Assembly: GCA_964057225.1 (NCBI GenBank)
Contig: OZ059896.1
Location: forward strand, 7,998,001 to 8,062,000
Origin: Auanema rhodensis
Lineage: Eukaryota; Animalia; Nematoda
Direction: 5' to 3'
Length of the DNA: 64,000 nt
This document shows, piece after piece, positions 8,347 through 16,642 of the stretch. The translations under genes were made by a program, and so were the position numbers. Below the pieces are notes generated by a model, which was not told where the DNA came from, did no database searches, and saw nothing but the letters and a program-made list of their open reading frames with translations. Positions within the stretch are counted from its first letter, which is position 1, and each line of letters begins with the position of its first letter.

Positions 8347-11300
8347 CAGCACCATTACTGTTACCTCTCAAACTTATCTTGCGAGAAATCATAAACACAA
8401 AATTATCATGGGACCAACCCATTGAATCAGATAATATCAAACAATGGGAACAACATATTAATCACATTAACAATCAGCAATTGACCATGAGAAGATATTT
8501 TAAATTCTCTGAACATACAACACAGTTATGGGTCTTTGCTGACGCAAGCAACCAAGCCATGGCCGCATGTTCATATTTCCAAACAAACGAGCAGATTAGT
8601 TCTCTGCTCAACGGTAAATCCCGCATAGCACCCAAAAATAAGACCACAATTCCTCGATTAGAATTATTAGCCATCCGCTTAGCAGTACGAATGGCATTAG
8701 CTATTGTAACCATATGCCCGAAAGTGGCAAAAGTCAACATTGTAAGCGATAGCAACATCGCGCTATCATGGATTATTTCTCTAAAATCCCTCCCACTGTT
8801 CATTAAAAATCAAACAAACATTATAAATAAACAGCTACACCAAATCAAACAAGTATGTTGCAATGTAGAATTACATCATGTACAAACCTCGTACAATACT
8901 GCAGACATCGGATCCCGAGGTGCAGACATCGAGAAACTACAAGATTCCGACTGGATAAAGGGTCCACATTGGTTAACTAAACTTTCCGCTCATAACCCTC
9001 TGACATCATTCGGCTCGCCTAAGAACTCTAACAGGAATAACGCAGAATCAGAATCGGAGCATCACAATGTGGTCCACATAATTATAGACAATCTTCCAAC
9101 CGATGATATTTGGAACATTCGTGAAAACTATGATGATGTGATCAAAACAATGACAACCGTAGGAAAATTATTCAAAAAATGGTTTCTTAAAGTCCATCCT
9201 AACAACGCCAACAAGTTGCAAAAAACAAAACATCTCACATCAACAGACACGCACACTGTTGAAGACATCAACATTATTGAAAAAATTTTGATCAGTAACA
9301 GTCAATCTAATATGAGCCTTGATGACTTACAGCAAAGACATATAAATCTAAAATTCTTCAAAGATACATGGGATATTTATCGCGTAAGAAGCCGTTTACA
9401 AAATACTCTTCTTCCCGAAGAGACGAAAAACCCTATATTCCTTCTTAAAACAAACCCCATAGTTAAAAAACTGATCAACAAAATACACAAAGACAATAAT
9501 CATCAAGGCAAACATTTTACGCTTATTCAATTGAGACAAAAATTCTACATACCAAAAATAACCGGAGTCATCAGACAAACATTGAAAAACTGTGTGACAT
9601 GTAAAAGATTTCAATCACACCCTTATGAATTACCAGATATGCCATCGCTACCAAAAGATAGAGCGATTCTTACAAGAGCATTCTTTTCAACAGGGTGTGA
9701 TCTTATGGGCCCCTTCACCCTTCGAAATGGGTCTAAAGTCCATATTTGTCTGTTTACATGCATGACAACTAGAGCAATTCACTTAGAGGTAGTCACCAAT
9801 CAATCCACAGTTGCCTTTATGAATGCATTTAATAGATTTATATCACGCAGAGGTACTCCAGAAATTATGCGCAGTGACTGCGCAGGAAACTTTATTCTGA
9901 GCTCAAAAATATTAGAAACCCTTGAAAAAACCTCGGATTACAACGAAAGAAGCTTACTAAACACACTAGCACAGCAAAAAATTAAATGGATATACAACAC
10001 TCCATTATCACCCTGGAAAGGTGGATGTTGGGAACGTTTAGTAGGTGTAACCAAAGCTTCACTCAAAAAATGTTTCATTCCTAGTCGAATGTCCCTGGAT
10101 GACTTACACACAGCCATTGTAAAAATAGAAGCTATAATTAATACACGCCCACTCACCCATCCACACCCAGATAATTTAGATACTCTACCCATAAGGCCAA
10201 TTGACTTTTTAACATCAGCCATAAAGTTTTCATTACCTGAAAACAACGCGGATACTCATATATTTGATATCCATAGCGATATTCAAACGATTCAATCAAC
10301 AGAGCAAGCGCTAGAAGCGCTTCAATTATCAGAAGACTCAGCATCTAAATTTTGGAAACGATTTCAAGAAGAATATCTAACAAGCTTAAAAGATATATTT
10401 AAGCATAAACACCATAGAAAAAATCACACAAACATCTTCCCCCAACCAGATGAAATAGTATTGATACAAAACGACATGTTGCCACGAGGAACATGGAAAC
10501 TAGGTCGCATCATTGAAACAATCACTAGTTCAGATGGCAACATACGTTCAGCAAAAGTCGCAACAAGCAATGGAAACATAATTATTCGATCCATTAATCA
10601 GCTCTATCCACTAGAGATAAGATGCAACACTAACAGTAACAAAATCATAGAAGACAACTCACACATAGTTCAAGAAAATAATAGCTCAACAGATAGAACC
10701 CCACATACTGATATTGTATTAGACAATATACTTTTCGATCATCCTATAGAACATACAGATCAAACAATACATGAGAATAATAACATAAATGATGTTAGCC
10801 ATAATTACGATATTGCATATGAATCAGATAACTCGCAACATGATAATACATACACTCCAGAAACAGAGAATAATGAGGATGCCACAAATGATCGACCTCA
10901 AAATAAGACAAAACAATCAGCAGTAAAAACAGCAAAATATACAGAACAAGATGATGTCACTGAGAAGGAAATTATAAAAGCCTTCCCACTAAAAATGTCC
11001 TATGCTACACACCAAAGAAAAAATAAAATAAACCCAAAAGTAGCAGCTGACATAATGAAAGCGCTTTCCTTACCGATTATAATAACTTCGACATATGCCG
11101 AAGAAATCAATAGTTGCAAGGACTCTAACATGTTCACCACAAAACTTATAGCGAATCCTCATTGCTCCCCAGAAATGGCAACATGGACAGTGATAATAAC
11201 CATTATGGCCGTTACCCTCATAGTCTCTTGTCTATGCCGCATGGGTTACAACCAATATAGATATAAGACATGGTCCAGAAACACTCAAACCATGCTCAAC

Positions 11301-13067
11301 ATCATGAAATTAAAACATAAAACAATCTCCGAACAAGAAGATCATGAAACTGATCAAAAAATAACAGAAGAACACAATGATACGTTGCAATTAAAACAAA
11401 CGAACACACAAGACGCTAATATTGTGGATCATGAAACCGTTCAAAAGCATATTTACCCTATTTTAAACCATACGAGAAAGCCACCAAAATTCTCTCTCTT
11501 TACTAGAGGGTCGCAAACATCTTTACCATCGTTACTGGCAATCATCTTGGCTTTATGTATTGGAAGCTGCAGTTCATGTTCCGATGTTCACGTTCAACAC
11601 TTCGTTAACATACGATGCGATGACAACTTAGCTTGTTATCACGAATACAGTCAAGATATCATATTTTCTCCCGGAACAAAACAATTATGCATTACCATAA
11701 CGCATTCTAATCATGAAATTGGTCAATTTAAAATAACTAAACTATATACTGAACATGTCTGCCAGAAGAATACTAGATACTTCACTAGACAGACAACCGT
11801 CAACATATTGAGCATATTACGATGCCGTCACCGGGGCTCGTGTGACGGAACATGTGAAACTAACTCGCTTCATAATAAAATCGAGGAACTACAACCATAT
11901 ACGTTCCCTTCACAATCAGGTTGCTTCACATCGTCAGCGAGATTTTACACATGTCCTATGATTTGGACAGATCCGTGCCTTTTCTACAAAATAGAGCATA
12001 TACCCGTCACTGAGGAAGTATACGAAGTCTATACTTGTGATAGTTGGTCCACCCAAACCGTATTTAATATAGAAACAACATTACTCCAGCAGAAAAATAA
12101 TTACAATATCACTCTACAACCTTACACGAAAAATCGTGAACAACTTTTCAATATAACAACGTTATCACAATCACAACCTCCTCCAGAAATGTACACAAAA
12201 TTATTTTTTTCCTCCAAAGAAAACACGTACATCACGGATATACACACAAAGGGAATAATTCAATGTGCAACAGAGGAAGCCGCATTAAAACATTTTAATA
12301 ACTGTACAGTATCCTCATTCTCCCCTTGCACATTCAATAGATTTGATGAAATAAAATGTAGGTGTGATACCCCTACTTTTGAAAAAATGTCCAATACATC
12401 AGACATAACATCTCCTAACCAAAACTTTAAAACTAAAGATAACACGTTATCATTCTCTACGAATTTAGACGAAAATTTAGTTACGGTCGATTCATCCCTA
12501 TTCTTAAACTCAGTGATTTTCTCCAACAATTTGCCTTGCGCACCTGCCCTGACAAAACTATCAGGTTGCTACTCCTGCGGGCAGGGTGCATTCGCAGAAT
12601 TCCAATGCCTTACGGCAGAAGAAACATGGATTTCTATCGAATGTCAAAAAGAAGTATTCATGATAAAATGCTCTCCAAAAGTAGCAATCACAAAAGTAAC
12701 AATGAAAAGAGAAAATTCTCAGATTGATGAATTATGCCATACCACATGCGACAATAAAAAAATTAAGATCATTATTAAAGGAATATTACATCACATAGCA
12801 AGCATAGATGAAATAAACGAAAGTGACTCAAGTAAGGGTACAGAATCCAAATCCATTGACTTTGCCCCAATCTTCAAGTTAATTTTATCAAAGTTGGGAA
12901 TCATATTGATAGGCGTTGCAATAACTGCCACCATAGGATATGTGGCATGTACACCCATCATGTACTGTGTAGTTTTGAATACAGTCTTAACCACACAATG
13001 GATAGCTACCAGGATATTCACACTGTGGATAAAATCAAAAGCCTTATTTCTGGATCAAAGATTTTAA
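8205..13067 (+). CDS. BEL/Pao RT C-terminus - RNase H - integrase - envelope (phlebovirus Gc-like); homologous sequence starts ~8340
   Basis: GLAAPLLL..LSWDQP. RNase H FADAS, TIPRLELLA, SDS, NTADIGSRG. Integrase HHCC, DLMGP, SDCAGNF, GGCWERLV, WKLGRI, LYPLEI. Cys-rich ectodomain from ~11577 (RC...GSC, CLFY, YEVY.C..W, GCYSC..GA) with a C-terminal TM segment. Confidence 0.93.
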   Translation: MRYQSRIFTNTTDRESQKSMQILLDKKQRIPNISQQYHNPSIQQIGLAAPLLLPLKLILREIINTKLSWDQPIESDNIKQWEQHINHINNQQLTMRRYFKFSEHTTQLWVFADASNQAMAACSYFQTNEQISSLLNGKSRIAPKNKTTIPRLELLAIRLAVRMALAIVTICPKVAKVNIVSDSNIALSWIISLKSLPLFIKNQTNIINKQLHQIKQVCCNVELHHVQTSYNTADIGSRGADIEKLQDSDWIKGPHWLTKLSAHNPLTSFGSPKNSNRNNAESESEHHNVVHIIIDNLPTDDIWNIRENYDDVIKTMTTVGKLFKKWFLKVHPNNANKLQKTKHLTSTDTHTVEDINIIEKILISNSQSNMSLDDLQQRHINLKFFKDTWDIYRVRSRLQNTLLPEETKNPIFLLKTNPIVKKLINKIHKDNNHQGKHFTLIQLRQKFYIPKITGVIRQTLKNCVTCKRFQSHPYELPDMPSLPKDRAILTRAFFSTGCDLMGPFTLRNGSKVHICLFTCMTTRAIHLEVVTNQSTVAFMNAFNRFISRRGTPEIMRSDCAGNFILSSKILETLEKTSDYNERSLLNTLAQQKIKWIYNTPLSPWKGGCWERLVGVTKASLKKCFIPSRMSLDDLHTAIVKIEAIINTRPLTHPHPDNLDTLPIRPIDFLTSAIKFSLPENNADTHIFDIHSDIQTIQSTEQALEALQLSEDSASKFWKRFQEEYLTSLKDIFKHKHHRKNHTNIFPQPDEIVLIQNDMLPRGTWKLGRIIETITSSDGNIRSAKVATSNGNIIIRSINQLYPLEIRCNTNSNKIIEDNSHIVQENNSSTDRTPHTDIVLDNILFDHPIEHTDQTIHENNNINDVSHNYDIAYESDNSQHDNTYTPETENNEDATNDRPQNKTKQSAVKTAKYTEQDDVTEKEIIKAFPLKMSYATHQRKNKINPKVAADIMKALSLPIIITSTYAEEINSCKDSNMFTTKLIANPHCSPEMATWTVIITIMAVTLIVSCLCRMGYNQYRYKTWSRNTQTMLNIMKLKHKTISEQEDHETDQKITEEHNDTLQLKQTNTQDANIVDHETVQKHIYPILNHTRKPPKFSLFTRGSQTSLPSLLAIILALCIGSCSSCSDVHVQHFVNIRCDDNLACYHEYSQDIIFSPGTKQLCITITHSNHEIGQFKITKLYTEHVCQKNTRYFTRQTTVNILSILRCRHRGSCDGTCETNSLHNKIEELQPYTFPSQSGCFTSSARFYTCPMIWTDPCLFYKIEHIPVTEEVYEVYTCDSWSTQTVFNIETTLLQQKNNYNITLQPYTKNREQLFNITTLSQSQPPPEMYTKLFFSSKENTYITDIHTKGIIQCATEEAALKHFNNCTVSSFSPCTFNRFDEIKCRCDTPTFEKMSNTSDITSPNQNFKTKDNTLSFSTNLDENLVTVDSSLFLNSVIFSNNLPCAPALTKLSGCYSCGQGAFAEFQCLTAEETWISIECQKEVFMIKCSPKVAITKVTMKRENSQIDELCHTTCDNKKIKIIIKGILHHIASIDEINESDSSKGTESKSIDFAPIFKLILSKLGIILIGVAITATIGYVACTPIMYCVVLNTVLTTQWIATRIFTLWIKSKALFLDQRF

Positions 13068-13363
13068 AAGCATAAGAGAAGAATTTCTTGTGGAGATAAA
13101 ATTTAAAATTAAAAATTGAAATAATAATGAAACAAAAGAAAAAGAAAGCATTATGTACGAATATAACCATTGTAATAAAACAATATCATAGTTTTTCTTT
13201 CTTTTCAATTTATGGTAGTATCAAGTTTCTTTTATCCAACTCAGTTACATAACACATAACCTTTTGTACAGGCTCTAAAATTCATTGTATCTGTAACAAG
13301 ATAACCTAAACACACCATTGTGCAATGAACTAATAGATGATAATCAGCGTTTAAAGTCCAGAT

Positions 13364-13876
13364 GTGAACATGTATATAAGGATGCAGCTCATGTCTTTCC
13401 TATATTCCATGAAAATGGAAGATATTGTCTCGAATATAATTGAGAATGCTTCCTTTGAGGAAGAGCTCAAAAAATATTCCCATCTACCTAACACTGCTGC
13501 CAATCTGAGGCAACTAATTGTGCTTGAAAAGAGGCTCTACGAGCACCTAGCTAGCGCGGTGAACCATCTATCCGAACGACTGGACAATATTCAACATTCG
13601 TTAAATCTGAAACTAGACAATTTGACCATTCAGACTGCTCCTAAAGCTTCATGTGTATTCTGCAATAAACCGACAGCTGATGGGCACCGTACTGCGGCCT
13701 GTCCGATTTATCCTTCCTCACCGGAACGCACTCTCCGTCTTCATGAACTGGGGTTATGCATCAGATGTTTGAATCAAAAACATCCAGCGATATGCGAGGT
13801 ATCCTGCTATAGATGTAAGGCGGATACGCATCATGGAGTGGTTTGTGGAGATATAAAACGTAAAAGACCTTTGTAG
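13364..13876 (+). CDS. Accessory ORF with coiled-coil-like N-half and three CCHC zinc knuckles (true start ATG probably 13370-13415)
   Basis: CVFC...GHRTAAC, CIRC...HPAIC, CYRC...HHGVVC and basic tail KRKRP. Lies between env and the 3' LTR. Confidence 0.78.
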   Translation: MNMYIRMQLMSFLYSMKMEDIVSNIIENASFEEELKKYSHLPNTAANLRQLIVLEKRLYEHLASAVNHLSERLDNIQHSLNLKLDNLTIQTAPKASCVFCNKPTADGHRTAACPIYPSSPERTLRLHELGLCIRCLNQKHPAICEVSCYRCKADTHHGVVCGDIKRKRPL

Positions 13877-13906
13877 GCCTTCTTCTCATTCCCGCATTGC
13901 CGGGAG

Positions 13907-13973
13907 TGTCGCGATAAGCGAGTGAGTTTGTATAATTTTTTTATCTTCAACAATTGTTTTATTTGTTTCTCCT

Positions 13974-14011
<38 letters not shown>

Positions 14012-14261
14012 TTCTTCTTTCTTCTAACTTCCTAAGTAATTTTTATCCATACCACATGTTGTGTTATACATGTGGCATGACTAACTCTTTGTTTCAGGCT
14101 GACGACCGCCCACGAGAAGAGATCAGTCTTACATTTTCAACGTTCGCAGTCAGTGATTTTATTCCGTGCTTGTCTTGTTAATTCATCAATAAACCCTTTT
14201 CTACATATTCGCTTTGTGTTTTACTTCCAACCATACTATACACTTGTGGTATAACGCCACA
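13907..14261 (+). repeat. 3' LTR (355 bp)
   Basis: Identical by eye to the 5' LTR except (CT)16 versus (CT)15. Preceded by short purine tract GGGAG. Confidence 0.97.
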
Positions 14262-14340
14262 GTTATTTCATTTTTGTAGTTTTGGTTGTCTCTTGTATGT
14301 TCGTAGCTACTAAGAAATTTGTGCACACGCTATATTCGTA

Positions 14341-14413
14341 GCTTCCGTAGCGCAGTAGGCAGCGCGTCAGTCTCATAATCTGAAGGTCGTGAGTTCGAGC
14401 CTCACCGGGAGCA
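14341..14413 (+). tRNA. tRNA-Met(CAT)
   Basis: Canonical copy. Confidence 0.96.
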
Positions 14414-14532
14414 ATCTTTTCCGTTTTCTCAGATTTATTCTGATACAAAAGATGTTATTTCATTTTTGTAGTTTTGGTTGTCTCTTGTATGTTCGTAGCT
14501 ACTAAGAAATTTGTGCACACGCTATATTCGTA

Positions 14533-14605
14533 GCTTCCGTAGCGCAGTAGGCAGCGCGTCAGTCTCATAATCTGAAGGTCGTGAGTTCGAGCCTCACCGG
14601 GAGCA
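14533..14605 (+). tRNA. tRNA-Met(CAT)
   Basis: Canonical copy. Confidence 0.96.
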
Positions 14606-14724
14606 ATCTTTTCCGTTTTCCGAGATATATTCTGATACAAAAGATGTTATTTCACTTTTGTAGTTTTGGTTGTCTCTTGTATGTTAGTTTCTACTATGAA
14701 ATATGCGAATACGATATATTCGTA

Positions 14725-14797
14725 GCTTCCGTAGCGCAGTAGGCAGCGCGTGAGTCTCATAATCTGAAGGTCGTGAGTTCGAGCCTCACCGGGAGCA
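14725..14797 (+). tRNA. tRNA-Met(CAT), anticodon-stem mismatch
   Basis: GTGAGTCTCAT instead of GTCAGTCTCAT. Confidence 0.85.
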
Positions 14798-14916
14798 ATC
14801 TTTTCCGTTTTCCCAGATTTATTCTGATACAAAAGATGTTATTTCATTTTTGTAGTTTTGGTTGTCTCTTGTGTGTTAGTTTCTACTATGAAATATGCGA
14901 ATACGATATATTCGTA

Positions 14917-14989
14917 GCTTCCGTAGCGAGGTAGGAAGCGCGTCAGTCTCATAATCTTAAGGTCGTGAGTTCGAGCCTCACCGGGAGCA
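14917..14989 (+). tRNA. tRNA-Met(CAT), D-arm variant
   Basis: D-arm variant plus ATCTTAAGG anticodon-stem change. Confidence 0.78.
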
Positions 14990-15109
14990 ATCTTTTCCGT
15001 TTTCCCTATATTTATTCTGATACAAAAGATGTTATTTCATTTTTGTAGTTTTGGTTGTCTCTTGTATGTTCGTAGCTACTAAGAAATTTGCGCACACACT
15101 GTAATCGTA

Positions 15110-15182
15110 GCTTCCGTAGCGCAGTAGGCAGCGCGTCAGTCTCATAATCTGAAGGTCGTGAGTTCGAGCCTCACCGGGAGCA
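15110..15182 (+). tRNA. tRNA-Met(CAT)
   Basis: Canonical copy. Confidence 0.96.
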
Positions 15183-15301
15183 ATCTTTTCCGTTTTCTCA
15201 GATTTATTCTGATACAAAAGATGTTATTTCATTTTTGTAGTTTTGGTTGTCTATTGTATGTTCGTAGCTACTAAGCAATTTGTGCACACGCTATATTCGT
15301 A

Positions 15302-15374
15302 GCTTCCGTAGCGCAGTAGGCAGCGCGTCAGTCTCATAATCTGAAGGTCGTGAGTTCGAGCCTCACCGGGAGCA
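15302..15374 (+). tRNA. tRNA-Met(CAT)
   Basis: Canonical copy. Confidence 0.96.
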
Positions 15375-15493
15375 ATCTTTTCCGTTTTCCGAGATATATT
15401 CTGATACAAAAGATGTTATTTCACTTTTGTAGTTTTGGTTGTCTCTTGTATGTTAGTTTCTACTATGAAATATGCGAATACGATATATTCGTA

Positions 15494-15566
15494 GCTTCCG
15501 TAGCGCAGTAGGCAGCGCGTCAGTCTCATAATCTGAAGGTCGTGAGTTCGAGCCTCACCGGGAGCA
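15494..15566 (+). tRNA. tRNA-Met(CAT)
   Basis: Canonical copy. Confidence 0.96.
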
Positions 15567-15685
15567 ATCTTTTCCGTTTTCCCAGATTTATTCTGATACA
15601 AAAGATGTTATTTCATTTTTGTAGTTTTGGTTGTCTCTTGTATGTTCGTAGCTACTAAGAAATTTGTGCACACGCTATATTCGTA

Positions 15686-15758
15686 GCTTCCGTAGCGCAG
15701 TAGGCAGCGCGTCAGTCTCATAATCTGAAGGTCGTGAGTTCGAGCCTCACCGGGAGCA
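15686..15758 (+). tRNA. tRNA-Met(CAT)
   Basis: Canonical copy. Confidence 0.96.
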
Positions 15759-15878
15759 ATCTTTTCCGTTTTCCCTATATTTATTCTGATACAAAAGATG
15801 TTATTTCATTTTTGTAGTTTTGGTTGTCTCTTGTATGTTCGTAGCTACTAAGAAATTTGCGCACACGCTGTATTCGTA

Positions 15879-15951
15879 GCTTCCGTAGCGCAGTAGGCAG
15901 CGCGTCAGTCTCATAATCTGAAGGTCGTGAGTTCGAGCCTCACCGGGAGCA
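15879..15951 (+). tRNA. tRNA-Met(CAT)
   Basis: Canonical copy. Confidence 0.96.
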
Positions 15952-16070
15952 ATCTTTTCCGTTTTCTCAGATTTATTCTGATACAAAAGATGTTATTTCA
16001 TTTTTGTAGTTTTGGTTGTCTCTTGTATGTTCGTAGCTACTAAGAAATTTGTGCACACGCTATATTCGTA

Positions 16071-16143
16071 GCTTCCGTAGCGCAGTAGGCAGCGCGTCAG
16101 TCTCATAATCTGAAGGTCGTGAGTTCGAGCCTCACCGGGAGCA
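16071..16143 (+). tRNA. tRNA-Met(CAT)
   Basis: Canonical copy. Confidence 0.96.
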
Positions 16144-16262
16144 ATCTTTTCCGTTTTCCCAGATTTATTCTGATACAAAAGATGTTATTTCATTTTTGTA
16201 GTTTTGGTTGTCTCTTGTATGTTAGTTTCTACTATGAAATATGCGAATACGATATATTCGTA

Positions 16263-16335
16263 GCTTCCGTAGCGAGGTAGGAAGCGCGTCAGTCTCATAA
16301 TCTGAAGGTCGTGAGTTCGAGCCTCACAGGGAGCA
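16263..16335 (+). tRNA. tRNA-Met(CAT), D-arm variant
   Basis: D-arm variant plus CACAGGGAGC change. Confidence 0.8.
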
Positions 16336-16454
16336 ATCTTTTCCGTTTTCCGAGATATATTCTGATACAAAAGATGTTATTTCATTTTTGTAGTTTTGGT
16401 TGTCTCTTGTATGTTAGTTTCTACAATGAAATATGCGAATACGATATATTCGTA

Positions 16455-16527
16455 GCTTCCGTAGCGCAGTAGGCAGCGCGTCAGTCTCATAATCTGAAGG
16501 TCGTGAGTTCGAGCCTCACCGGGAGCA
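16455..16527 (+). tRNA. tRNA-Met(CAT)
   Basis: Canonical copy. Confidence 0.96.
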
Positions 16528-16642
16528 ATCTTTTCCGTTTTCCGAGATATATTCTGATGCAAAAGATGTTATTTCATTTTTGTAGTTTTGGTTGTCTCTT
16601 GTATGTTCGTAGCTACTAAGAAATTTGCGCACACGCTGTATT

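Larger units (their letters stand above)
4903..14261 (+). mobile_element. BEL/Pao (Belpaoviridae, Cer-like) LTR retrotransposon with envelope, inserted in the tRNA-Met array
   Basis: TG...CA LTRs at 4903-5255 and 13907-14261. 5-bp TSD GTTAT at 4898-4902 and 14262-14266. PBS present. Domain order Gag-PR-RT-RNaseH-IN-Env with BEL-specific motifs. Confidence 0.97.
14262..16642 (+). repeat. Continuation of the tRNA-Met tandem array (12 full copies)
   Basis: Same 192/193-bp unit resumes in register after the TSD. Confidence 0.98.

Noticed and set aside
477-16562. Repeated 61-aa minus-strand ORFs (MYQNKSEKTEKIAPGEARTHDLQIMRLTR...)
   Set aside because: They are antisense translations of the tRNA-Met unit with non-ATG (TTG) starts, and they are broken in many units
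16588-16642. N-terminus of the 552-aa ORF as a real start
   Set aside because: These codons are tRNA-array spacer fused by chance in frame to a truncated Gypsy RT
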